Part shown: piece after piece, positions 1-9,242 of the stretch
Numbering within the stretch: position 1 is the stretch's first letter
Layout: every line of letters begins with the position of its first letter
NCBI RefSeq assembly: GCF_046339755.1
Contig: NZ_JBKDTZ010000201.1
Coordinates: forward strand, 1,878-65,877
Direction of reading: 5' to 3'
Length of the DNA: 64,000 bases
From: Acidovorax sp.
GTDB taxonomy: Bacteria; Pseudomonadota; Gammaproteobacteria; Burkholderiales; Burkholderiaceae_C
Program-made: the position numbers and the translations under genes
Notes under the pieces: generated by a model
Told to the model about the DNA's origin: nothing
Database searches by the model: none
The model's input: only the letters and a program-made list of their open reading frames with translations

Positions 1-166
1 CGGGGCTGCGAAGCCGATCGCCGCCGCCGAATTGCTGCGCGAGAAGCACACGGCCTACGACGTGGAGGTCTTTGAACAGCATTTTCAGCGGGCGTAGGCC
101 GGGGCTCGCCGCCGCCTGGGCCTGGCGCCGCAGCCTGTGCGGGCAGGCGGGTGGGCAAGACAGCGT

Positions 167-427
167 CTACTGCGCCACCACCACCCAGGCAAAACCCAGC
201 ACGATGCAGGCAATCCCGCCCACGAAGGCGGCGCTGCGGTCCGTGAGTACCCGTTGCCCATCACGCACAAAAGTCAGTGCGCCCGCTGCGCCGTGGATGC
301 GGCCTTCGTTGTCGCCGCACTCGCCGCGCCAGCGCCCCAAGGTCAGTACATAGACAACTGCCTTGCCCGTGTAGAGGAAGACATAGTTGACCAGGACGTA
401 GACAAACAGCTCAAGGAAGCCCTCCAT
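167..427 (-). CDS. small hypothetical membrane protein (86 aa)
   Basis: Starts at the internal ATG (427) of the 167..484 ORF (MEGFLELFVYVLVNYVFLY...). Has hydrophobic segments at both ends (C-terminal FVGGIACIVLGFAWVVV). No family recognised. Confidence 0.4.
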   Translation of the reverse strand: MEGFLELFVYVLVNYVFLYTGKAVVYVLTLGRWRGECGDNEGRIHGAAGALTFVRDGQRVLTDRSAAFVGGIACIVLGFAWVVVAQ

Positions 428-708
428 GGGTGTGCGTACTCCTGTTGCAAGGCGGCCAGGCCGGGTGCCGGCCGGTCCTCGCATGGTAGCGCAGCCGCAG
501 TTGCCGCAGCAGCACCCACCCTGTCATCCGACCGCCCAAAGCGCGGCGCCCGCATGCTGGCCGCCGTGGACGGCCCCGCGTGCCTGGCGGTGGCCAGAAG
601 GCCTCGCCCGATCCTTTCCAGACTTTGCTTTTCGCCGCCTGCCGCATGGCGTGACCCTGGCGTTGCGGGCGAATGCTTGAGGCGGATGCAACTGCCCCCA
701 GGCCGCGG

Positions 709-2556
709 TCAGTAGGCTGCGCTCACCGAGGCCCGCGTGCGTAGCTGTCCCTTGCGGCCGTCCAGGGTGTAGAGCACCGTCACGCCCACCTCGTCGTTCG
801 TGCCCACTGCCACCGGGCAGCCTGCGGCAACGCCGGCCAGCACCGTTTCCTGCTTCATCCCGGCCGGCACGGCTTGGCCTGGCTGGAGGATGCGCTGCAT
901 GATCCAGTCCGTATCGGTTGTCAGGCGCTCCTGGCGGTATTGCTCGCGGATGGGGAACTCCATGCCCGTGCCGCTGGTGTTCTGCACCCGCACGCTGGTG
1001 GCGACCAGCCCTTTGGGCAAGCCGTTCGCACCGCCGCGAATGGCAAAGGGCACCAGGAAGTCGCTGCACGGGCTGGGGATCCGGTCCGTGAAGATGACGC
1101 CGGGCATGAGGTTGAGGTAGGGCGCGGCCTGCAGCTGCAGGCCGCTTTTCTCGCCTTCCTCCTGGCGTGCCTCGCTCAGCCAGCGGTCCAGCGGCCCCAG
1201 GTCGAGCAGCCGGCCCTCGCTGATGGGCCCCAGGTACAGCAGGTGCGGCGTGCCATGGGCGTTGACGCCCAGCGTGTGGCCGCCCGGGTACTGGCGCAAG
1301 TGGAGCTGGGTATTGCCCGGATCCGGATCGGTGGATGCCTGGGCCTGGAAGGTCCCGGGCATGGCCTTTTCGGCCCAGTCCAGCACCTGGGCTGCATCGC
1401 TGGCAGCGCCCAGGCCTTTGACGGCCAGGGGTGCGAACGAGCCCGGTGGGCGGCAGATGGCGATGTCGACGATGGGCCCCCACGAAGCAGGGTGCTCCGG
1501 GTAGGTGCCGCCCAGTGTGCCGCAGATGCCGTTGCCCCAACCCGTGCCCTGGCCCCAGCACTGCACATAGCCGCCGTGCAGGGCCACGCAGGCCGCCGTC
1601 TGCCCGGCGCTGATGGCGGTGGCAGTGGTGATGCCGGTGACCAGCCCGGTGGCGGCACCCCCCAGGGCCGTGCCCAATTGGCCATTGGTGTTGTTGCCCC
1701 AGCACCTCACGGTGCCATTGACCAGCAGGGCGCAGCTGAAGCCGTTGCCCACGGCGACGGCCTTGGCCGCCGCGCCCAGGTTCGCCACCTCGACCGGGCT
1801 GCGCTGGATGTCGCTGCCGGCCGGCGTGCCCAACTGACCATGGCTGTTGCGCCCCCAGCACGACACCTTGCCCTGCGCGCGCAGCACGCAGGCGTGGCCG
1901 TCGAAGAGCGCGACCTCGCGTGCATCGGTGATGCCGGGCACGGTGCGCGCCACGCGGGGTTCGTCCAGGCCGCCCGAGAGCTCGCTGCCCAGGCCGACGC
2001 AGACGACCTTGGCGTCCCACTGCACCACGCAGGTGACGCCCTGGCCGGCCGCGAGGTGCGCGGCCTTGTTCAGCCCCGCCACCGCGATGGGCGCTGCCGA
2101 GCTGGCGGCACTGCCGGCGCCCAGTTGCCCCCGGCTGCCGTCGCCCCAGCAGTAGGCATGGTTGTCGAGCAGGGCGCAGGCGTGCGTTGCGCCCACGGCC
2201 AGCTGCGTGAAGCGCCACATTCCTCCCACGCCCGGGCCGGCGGTGGTGGGGGCGTTGACCCCCAGTTGCGAAAAATCATTGTTGCCCCAGCAGCGCACGG
2301 TGCGGCCCGCCATCAGGGCGCAGCTGAACTCGCGCCCCGCCCGCACGTCGATCACCGTGTCGGGCGCCTGGTCCTGCATGGGCAGGCTGCCCCAGCAGGT
2401 GGGCTGGTGGGTGTCGGATACCGAGCAGCCGTGGCTGTGGCCCACGCTGATCGTGGTGGCCATGGATGCCGACGGCGTGAATACTGTGGTCAATAACAGG
2501 GCAGCGGTGGCAAACAGCTTCTGCAGAAGCTGTGGGGCGTGGAATATGCTGTTCAT
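709..2556 (-). CDS. secreted RCC1-repeat (beta-propeller) protein, paralog 1
   Basis: ATG at 2556 with a GAAGGA-like RBS. Signal peptide LFATAALLLTTVFTPSASMA. Repeated CWG.N..GQLG / CWG.G..GQLG motifs typical of RCC1 blades. The ~200-aa C-terminal extension is shared with 2641..4488 and 9243..11039. Confidence 0.85.
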   Translation of the reverse strand: MNSIFHAPQLLQKLFATAALLLTTVFTPSASMATTISVGHSHGCSVSDTHQPTCWGSLPMQDQAPDTVIDVRAGREFSCALMAGRTVRCWGNNDFSQLGVNAPTTAGPGVGGMWRFTQLAVGATHACALLDNHAYCWGDGSRGQLGAGSAASSAAPIAVAGLNKAAHLAAGQGVTCVVQWDAKVVCVGLGSELSGGLDEPRVARTVPGITDAREVALFDGHACVLRAQGKVSCWGRNSHGQLGTPAGSDIQRSPVEVANLGAAAKAVAVGNGFSCALLVNGTVRCWGNNTNGQLGTALGGAATGLVTGITTATAISAGQTAACVALHGGYVQCWGQGTGWGNGICGTLGGTYPEHPASWGPIVDIAICRPPGSFAPLAVKGLGAASDAAQVLDWAEKAMPGTFQAQASTDPDPGNTQLHLRQYPGGHTLGVNAHGTPHLLYLGPISEGRLLDLGPLDRWLSEARQEEGEKSGLQLQAAPYLNLMPGVIFTDRIPSPCSDFLVPFAIRGGANGLPKGLVATSVRVQNTSGTGMEFPIREQYRQERLTTDTDWIMQRILQPGQAVPAGMKQETVLAGVAAGCPVAVGTNDEVGVTVLYTLDGRKGQLRTRASVSAAY

Positions 2557-2640
2557 GGGAAGTCCTTCAGGGATGCCACGGGCCGATGGGTAAGCTGGTG
2601 AGCAGCAAGGGGCGTGTCGCTTTTTTTGCACGGAGCCGTG

Positions 2641-4488
2641 CTACACGGTTGGGCTCGGGATGACCTTGACGCGGGTGCGCAACTGCCCTTTTTTATTGCC
2701 GAGGGTGTAGAAAACGACCACATCCACGGTCTGTCCCAAAAGGTCAAACTTCGGGCAAGCATCCGTGCGGCCGAACAGCACGGGCTCTTCTTTCATCCCT
2801 GGGGGAATGGGCTCGCCCTCCCGGCGCATGCGTTGGGAAATCCAGTCTGTTTCGGAGGTCAGCACCGTCATGCGGTAGCGTTCCTGGACTGGGAACTCCA
2901 TGAAGCCAGCGTCGCTTTCCACACGCACCGAGGTTGTTTTCAAGTCGGCTGGCAAACCGTTCACGCCACCCTTGATGGCGTGGGGAAGCACAAACCCATT
3001 GCATACATTGCCAAAGCTGATCTGGTGAATGATCGGCATCGCCTGTAGTTGCAGGCCACTCTTTTGGCCCTCGTCCTGGGTCGCTTTGCGCAGCCATTGG
3101 TACAAGGGCCCCAGATCGGCCATTTGCCCTGCGGTCAGGGGGCCTGCGTAGACGAGGTGCGGGGTTCCATGGCCGTTGATAGCCAACTGGTGGCCGCCTG
3201 GATACTCGCGCACGTAGAAATTGTCGATGTGCTCTGGCACGGTGGCTGTTGTCTGGGCAGTGAAGGTCTGCGGCATGGTTTTCTCGGCCCATTCCAGCAC
3301 CTGGGCCGCGTCGCGCGCCGGGCCCAGGCCCTGGACCGCCATGGGCGCGGCCGAGCCCGGCACGCGGCAGATCGGGAGGTCGGGGTAAAGGCCGTAGGAG
3401 GCGGGAACACCCGGGTACAGCCCGCCTGGCACGCGACAGTAGGCGCTGCTCCAGCCTGTGCCTTCGCCCCAGCACTGCACATAGCCGCCTTCGAGCGCTG
3501 CACAGGCGGCGGTTTTTCCCGCGCTGATGGCGGTGGCATCGGTGATGCCGATGACCAGGCCGGTGGACGGAGTGGCGGTGTCGGGGCCCAGGCCGGTGCC
3601 CAATTGGCCATTGAAATGGGTGCCCCAGCATTTGACGGTGCCGTTGACGAGCAGGGCGCAGGTGTAGCCATTGCCTGCAGCCACGGACTTGGCCGCAGCG
3701 CCCAGGCCCGGGACCTCGACCGGGGTTGTGAGCGGGCCGCTGCCTGCGGGTACGCCCAGCTCGCCGTAGCGGTTGTTGCCCCAGCAGGAGACCTGACCTG
3801 CCACACGCAGCACGCAGGCGTGGCCGTCGAAGATAGATACCTCCAGTGCGTCGGTGATGCCGGGCACCGTTCGCGGCGTGCGTGGTTCCACATCAGCGCC
3901 CGCCAGGCCGCTGCCCGCGCCGACGCAGACGACGCTCCGGTCTGATCGCACCATGCAGGTGGCAGCATTGCCTGCCGCAATGTGTGAGATGCCCCTCAAG
4001 CCCGCCAGCACAGTGGCCTTGGCCACCGTGGTTCGGGCGGGCTCGCCCATCTGGCCCTGGCTGGCGTCGCCCCAGCAGTACGGTGCGCCGTAGGACAGTG
4101 CGCAGGCGTGCCGGGCCCCCACAGCGATCTGCTGCGCCTGCTCGGGCCCGCGCGCCCATTGGCCTTCGGGGTTGGTGGCCGATTCGCCCAGTTGCGAGAA
4201 GTCATTGTTGCCCCAGCATTTGACGATGCCGTTCAGCCGCGCGCAGCTGAAGTCGCGGCCCACCTGCACGTCCCTCACTGTAATGGTGCCCAGGGTAGGC
4301 AGTGGCAGGCTGCCCCAGCAGGTCACTTGATTGGTATCGGCCACCGAGCAGCCGTGCCCGTAGCCCATGCTCACGGTGGTGGCCATCGATGCCGAGGGCA
4401 CAAAGGCAGCGGGCAGCGCCAGCGCAACGATGGCCAATGCCCTGCGCACCAGCCGTGGTGCACGCACCGGGGTGTGTCTGTCGTCCAT
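2641..4488 (-). CDS. secreted RCC1-repeat protein, paralog 2
   Basis: ATG at 4488 (MDDRHTPVRAPRLVRRALAIVALALPAAFVPSASMA signal). Same RCC1 motif series and the same C-terminal extension (DAAQVLEWAEK...GHGTPHLVY...KGQLRTR) as paralog 1. Lies only 84 bp upstream of paralog 1 on the same strand. Confidence 0.85.
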   Translation of the reverse strand: MDDRHTPVRAPRLVRRALAIVALALPAAFVPSASMATTVSMGYGHGCSVADTNQVTCWGSLPLPTLGTITVRDVQVGRDFSCARLNGIVKCWGNNDFSQLGESATNPEGQWARGPEQAQQIAVGARHACALSYGAPYCWGDASQGQMGEPARTTVAKATVLAGLRGISHIAAGNAATCMVRSDRSVVCVGAGSGLAGADVEPRTPRTVPGITDALEVSIFDGHACVLRVAGQVSCWGNNRYGELGVPAGSGPLTTPVEVPGLGAAAKSVAAGNGYTCALLVNGTVKCWGTHFNGQLGTGLGPDTATPSTGLVIGITDATAISAGKTAACAALEGGYVQCWGEGTGWSSAYCRVPGGLYPGVPASYGLYPDLPICRVPGSAAPMAVQGLGPARDAAQVLEWAEKTMPQTFTAQTTATVPEHIDNFYVREYPGGHQLAINGHGTPHLVYAGPLTAGQMADLGPLYQWLRKATQDEGQKSGLQLQAMPIIHQISFGNVCNGFVLPHAIKGGVNGLPADLKTTSVRVESDAGFMEFPVQERYRMTVLTSETDWISQRMRREGEPIPPGMKEEPVLFGRTDACPKFDLLGQTVDVVVFYTLGNKKGQLRTRVKVIPSPTV

Positions 4489-4692
4489 GGTCCTCAACCT
4501 CTCGGGATGCTTTTGGGCGATTCTAGGAACGCGGCTTCCCCGGCGCGTGTGGCTGCGGTCACAGGCTTGGTGTAACGAAATGCGGCAGATGAGCCGGCTG
4601 CGGCGCTGCCGTGGCCCGCCCGACACGCACGCAGCGCCCTAGAATTCCCCCCAAAACACCGGCACCGCCGCGTTCTTGGGAGGGACCTACCG

Positions 4693-6735
4693 ATGAGTTA
4701 CACCCTGCAGCTGTGGGAAAAACCCGCCGATTGGCCGTGGCCGACCACCAAGAAGGAGGCCGACGCGCAGTTCGAGCGCGTCAGCGACAGCCCGCCGCCA
4801 GGGCAGAACCCCAAGTTCCTGGAGTGGGGCCGGGCGCTGCAGGAGCGCTACCCCGAAGCGATGGACGTGTGGCTGGACGGCAGCGAGGACGGTGTCACCG
4901 ACGATGCCACGCTGGGTTTTGGCATCAACACCCGCACGGAGCATTGGGATGCGGCCTTCAACCTGGCTTGGGAGCAGGCCACCCGGCTGGGCCTGAACCT
5001 GTACGACCCGCAAAGCGGCGTGCACTACCTGGGCAATGGCGACACGCCCGAGGAGCCGGACCTGCAGGTCCGGCGCGCAGAGCAGGCGCGCGAGGCGGGT
5101 GATCTGGACACCGCCTGGGCCGAGTACCGCCACCATGCCGCGCGCGGCAATCCGCATGCCCAGTACGCGCTGGGCCGGGCGCTGCGCTTCGGCACGCTGG
5201 ACCGGCGCCGCCACTTCGAACTGGCGGCCGCGCTGCAGATGATGGGCGCCTACGACCAGGCCACGCGCGCGGATGCGCAGGCCTTCTACGAGCGCTTCCC
5301 GGACGATGCCAAGGGGCGCATCCAGACCCTGCATGCGCGGCTCAAGTCCGCATCGGGTTCGCTGCTGCTGTCCATCATCGACAGCGAACGCAAGGCGTTG
5401 GACGAGGCCTTTGCGCGCACCGAGCAGATGATGCTCTACAGCCGAAAGCGCATCGAGGCCTCCGACGGCCTGGAGGCTGCGGCCCTGCAGGGCCACGAGG
5501 TGGCGGCCTTCCAGCGCGCGCTGGAGGCGGTGATCGGCTGGGAGCAGCCCAATTTCGAGAACGCGCGCTATTGGTGCCAGCGCGCCGTGGATTGGGACCA
5601 CGAGCCCGCCAAGCGCCTGTTCGCGCTGATGCACGAGCGCGGTTGGGGCGGCCCGGTGGACATGGCCCTGGCCGCCAAGTGGAACGCCGCGGCCCAAGAG
5701 CAGCGGCAGCAGGAGCAAAGGCAGCGCCAGGCGAAGGAAGCGGCCGCATCCCCCGGCGGGCTGAGCCTGGCGCCCCTGGAGCCGGCCGCGCACGCGACCG
5801 CTCCCGTCGTGTGGACCGGTTCGGTCGCGCGCGACCTGGTGGGCTGGTTTGCGCGCGAGGGCAACCCGCATGCGGCCTACCATATGGGCACGCTGGACGA
5901 GCACGGCCGCGACGGCGGCGCGGTGAACCTGGCCCTGGCGCGCGACTGGTATGCCCAGGCGGCCGAGGCCGGCCACGCCGACGCGACCTACAACCTGGGG
6001 GTGGCCATCGAGAACGGCAGCGGCGGGCCCAGGGATAGGCTGGTGGCCCAGGCGCTCTTCATGCTGGCCAACACGCGCGGCACCACCGTGCGCGTGGACG
6101 CCCTGAAGATCGCGCCAAACGAACAAGGCCCTGTGCGCGCGCTGGTCGCGGCCCTGCGCGAACCCGGCCGCCTGCGCGCCGTGCTGCGCGAGAAGGGTTT
6201 GCAGGCTGGCGCCGGCAGCGCGGCAGGGCGGGGCGTTGCGCCCGCCGCTTCCGCCGTCGCAGGTGCGGCCAGCGGTGCAGCGATGGCAGGGTTGTCGGGC
6301 ACCGACTGGGGCCGTGCTGGCGGCGGTGCCGCACCGCCGCAGGGTGGTGCATCGCCGTCGCCATCCTCCCCGCCCAGGCCCTCGCGCAACCGCGCCGACG
6401 AAGAAGACGATGAGGAGAACGGCACCCGCCGGGCCGGGGCGCGCCGCAGCGATGCATCCCGCAAGGGCACCTCTGTGCACCTGGGCCACCTGGGCCTGGT
6501 CATCGGCGCGGCCAGCGTGGTGCTGCTCATCGCCTCGGGCAAATCCGGCCCGAGCTTTCGCACGGGCATGTACATCCTGGGCTTGATCGCCGCCTTCGGC
6601 GCCTGGCGCACGGGGCGCGATTTCGACTGGGGCCCGGCCGCGCGCGCCCTGGTGGCCGCGGTGGCGGCCATCCCGCTGGTGGGCATGGCCGTGTGCATCT
6701 GGATGCTGATGAAGTCGTTTCGCGGGCGGGATTGA
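4693..6735 (+). CDS. Sel1-like repeat protein with low-complexity linker and C-terminal membrane anchor
   Basis: ATG at 4693 after GGGAGGGA. Sel1-type repeats (GNPHAQYALGRALRFG, GNPHAAYHMGTL, GHADATYNLGVAIENGSGGPRD). Ala/Gly/Pro/Ser-rich linker, then 3-4 hydrophobic helices at the C-terminus. Confidence 0.8.
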   Translation: MSYTLQLWEKPADWPWPTTKKEADAQFERVSDSPPPGQNPKFLEWGRALQERYPEAMDVWLDGSEDGVTDDATLGFGINTRTEHWDAAFNLAWEQATRLGLNLYDPQSGVHYLGNGDTPEEPDLQVRRAEQAREAGDLDTAWAEYRHHAARGNPHAQYALGRALRFGTLDRRRHFELAAALQMMGAYDQATRADAQAFYERFPDDAKGRIQTLHARLKSASGSLLLSIIDSERKALDEAFARTEQMMLYSRKRIEASDGLEAAALQGHEVAAFQRALEAVIGWEQPNFENARYWCQRAVDWDHEPAKRLFALMHERGWGGPVDMALAAKWNAAAQEQRQQEQRQRQAKEAAASPGGLSLAPLEPAAHATAPVVWTGSVARDLVGWFAREGNPHAAYHMGTLDEHGRDGGAVNLALARDWYAQAAEAGHADATYNLGVAIENGSGGPRDRLVAQALFMLANTRGTTVRVDALKIAPNEQGPVRALVAALREPGRLRAVLREKGLQAGAGSAAGRGVAPAASAVAGAASGAAMAGLSGTDWGRAGGGAAPPQGGASPSPSSPPRPSRNRADEEDDEENGTRRAGARRSDASRKGTSVHLGHLGLVIGAASVVLLIASGKSGPSFRTGMYILGLIAAFGAWRTGRDFDWGPAARALVAAVAAIPLVGMAVCIWMLMKSFRGRD

Positions 6736-6817
6736 ACCACCTGGGCTGCCCTGAGGCAACCCGGCACATGCATGCCCGGGCGCCGCAGCGCCGGGGATGC
6801 GTTCATTCAGGCCGGGA

Positions 6818-7654
6818 TCAGGCCAGTGCCTTGCCGAATGTGGCGAGCAGGCGTGCCCAGGCGCGGTCGGCCTGGGCGGCGTCGTAGACCCGCGTATCAG
6901 GCGGGCACCAGCCGTGCGCGGCGGGGTAGACCTCCACCTCGGCCTGCAGCTTGGCGCTCTCGAACGCGGTGCGCAGGCTGGTCTTGGACTCGGGGTCCTT
7001 GGTGTCGTCGTTCTCGGCAATCGCAATCAGGTACTGCGCCTTGGTCTGCGCCACCAGGCGGTGGGGGCTGTCGGGCGCTGGCGTCACCATGGCGGCGCCA
7101 TGGAAGCTCGCCACGGCACCCACGCGGCCCGCTGCCACCGTGGCCGTGCGCACTGCAATCGGCCCGCCCATGCAGTAGCCGGTGGTACCGATCTTGCGCG
7201 CCTTGTCCACCTCGGCCTGGGCGTCGAGCCAGGCCACGAAGGTCTTGCCGTCGCTCAGGTGCATGGCCGGCGTCAGGGCCTGCATCAGCGGCATCACCTC
7301 GGCAATCGGCGTCTGGCCGCCCTGTGGCGCGGTGGGCGCCTTCTTCTGCCGGTAGAAGGGGTTGACGACGAGCACGCTGTAACCCGACTCCGCCAGGCGC
7401 TTGCCCATCTGCCGGAAGGCCGGGCGCAGGCCGAATATGTCGGGCCATACCAGCACGCCGGGGGCCGGGCCAGAGGTCGGGGCGACGAAGTAGGCATCGC
7501 AGCTGCCGTCCGGCGTGGTGATGGTCACGTCACGCTCGGCCACCGCTGCGGCGTTGGCCACCGCCGGCAAGGTGGTCAGCAAACCGGCGGAAGCCGCCCA
7601 CGCGGTGAAGTCGCGGCGGGTGTACTTGTGGAGATCGTCGTTGGAATCGCACAT
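6818..7654 (-). CDS. dienelactone hydrolase family protein with Tat-type signal
   Basis: ATG at 7654. Twin-arginine motif TRRDFTAWAASAGLL. DLH-type nucleophile elbow GYCMGG. Alpha/beta-hydrolase-like composition throughout. Confidence 0.85.
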   Translation of the reverse strand: MCDSNDDLHKYTRRDFTAWAASAGLLTTLPAVANAAAVAERDVTITTPDGSCDAYFVAPTSGPAPGVLVWPDIFGLRPAFRQMGKRLAESGYSVLVVNPFYRQKKAPTAPQGGQTPIAEVMPLMQALTPAMHLSDGKTFVAWLDAQAEVDKARKIGTTGYCMGGPIAVRTATVAAGRVGAVASFHGAAMVTPAPDSPHRLVAQTKAQYLIAIAENDDTKDPESKTSLRTAFESAKLQAEVEVYPAAHGWCPPDTRVYDAAQADRAWARLLATFGKALA

Positions 7655-7883
7655 GGTAGGTCCAGCTCCTTTTCGGTCAAAACAAAACAGTTGCGGCAGG
7701 GCGTGCCATGGTACGTGACAAACATGAATGCTGCAGGCGTTTTGGCGCCGTTGCGCGGTGCCTTGAGGGCTGCCCAAATCACCCACAAACTGCATGGCAA
7801 ACGCGGAATTGGCCGATTCCGGGGCTGCGCTTACGATGGTTGCGAGGGATTTTTTCCATCCAACAAACAAGAACGACCAGAAC

Positions 7884-9055
7884 ATGAGAGACAGGCTCCG
7901 CCCGGGAGCCTCCCTGCTGCCTGCGGCCAGTAATGCACCGCCTGGCAAGGCGCTTCGCACAGGGGAGGTGACGCCACTGACCAGCAGCGCCCATGCCGGC
8001 GCTCAGCCAAGCCGTCGTAAAAGCCCGCAGGAACTGGCCGCCCGGCAGCGGTATGCCGAGCTGCAGGTGCTGGACCAGATCCGCAGTGGCATGGGTGATG
8101 CCTATGCCTCGCGGGCGCGGCAGGCCCGGTTGAACCGGCTGCAGCGCGAAAGGCTTTCCGCCAGGAAGCTGCTGGCTTACCGCTTCGCGATTCCCGCCGT
8201 TGTAGCGCTGGTGTTTGTGCTTGGCGGCGTGTATGTCGAGCTGTCCCTGGGCGGGGGCTTCCGGGTCTTCGGCAGCGCCGCGTTGCGCGCTGCCATGCCT
8301 TGGGTGGTGGGTGCCCTGGTCCCGGTCTTCGTCTGGGCATTCTTTCGCTTTGAACGGGTCTTGCCCGAGCTGGCGCAAACCATTCCTGGCGCGTTCTTCC
8401 GCACGGTGATCGCGTACCCTTTCCTGGCGTTGATGTGCGCAGCAGCGATGGCCGCTGCGCTCTGGGGCTGGGTGGCTTACCTGGGGTGGATGGCCGGCAC
8501 GCCGCAGCGCGTGGACGCGCGCGTGGTCTCGGTCGAAGTGCTGCGCAACTATGTTCCCTGCGGCCAGCATGCGCGCCTGGAGTTCCGTGGCACGGTTGCA
8601 CGCATCTGCGTGGAGGATCGCCTGGCAGCCAAGGGCAATTGTTTGTGGTGCTGGCACCGGTATGCGCGGTGGGCCTGTATCTCCATGAAAGATCGACCGG
8701 GTCGATTCGAGCGCAGTACCCTACAGGGTTTGTGCGCTGGGTTTTCTTGTATCCCACGATGGTGGTGTTCATGGCGGGCTTTTTGATTTCCATCCCATGG
8801 GGATGGGCGGCCCTGCTGGGGTGGACCTTCGGCGCGCCTTCGCGCGTGGATGTGCGTGTCGCCTCGGTGCAGGTGCACGATGCAAGGAAGCGCAACTGCG
8901 ATCAATCTGCCCGGCTTGAATTCAAGGGCGCTACGGCCCGCATCTGCCTGGATGGCCGACTTGCGGGAGCGGTGCCAGCAGCGGGCGATACGGTCGCTGT
9001 ATCTGGCCGCGTTTCGCGGCTGGGCCTGCATGTGCAGCAGGTGCACGGCCGATGA
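7884..9055 (+). pseudogene. membrane protein with an internally duplicated module; apparent 1-nt frameshift near 8634 (alternatively two overlapping genes)
   Basis: ORF 7794..8786 and ORF 8435..9055 are in different frames but carry the same module: WGWVAYLGWMAGTPQRVDARVVSVEV...ARLEFRGTVARICVEDRLA versus WGWAALLGWTFGAPSRVDVRVASVQV...ARLEFKGATARICLDGRLA. The tail of copy 1 continues in the second frame (GQLFVVLAPVCAVGLYLHE, compare GDTVAVSGRVSRLGLHVQQ). The start codon is uncertain (7794 or 7884). Confidence 0.45.
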
Positions 9056-9242
9056 CCGGGCCTACTGGGCGCCTCACCGCGAGCAGTCGCGCCGCGCCGG
9101 GCCGGCGCTTTTCGGCAGCATCAGGCTGGTAAAGAGCGAGGCGGCCTGCCTGTATGGCTAGGCCTACGGCCAGCGCGGCAACATGTGCACGGCACGCACC
9201 ACATGTGATTTCTGACCCGAGGCCAGGACTCGGGACTTGTTC

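Noticed and set aside
2-97. Possible 3' end of a gene entering from the left edge (...GAAKPIAAAELLREKHTAYDVEVFEQHFQRA*)
   Set aside because: Only 31 codons are visible. The composition is plausible, but there is nothing to identify or confirm it.
524-2496. Long ORFs 524..2218(-), 874..2496(+), 1176..1685(-) and others overlapping the first RCC1 gene
   Set aside because: They have the Arg/Pro/Gly/Ala-rich, low-complexity composition typical of off-frame or antisense shadow ORFs in high-GC DNA. The 709..2556 frame has a signal peptide and repeated RCC1 motifs.
4687-7026. 779-aa ORF antisense to the Sel1-repeat gene
   Set aside because: Shadow ORF with extreme Arg/Ala/Gly/Pro content and no motifs. 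The plus-strand frame has Sel1 repeats, an RBS and TM helices.
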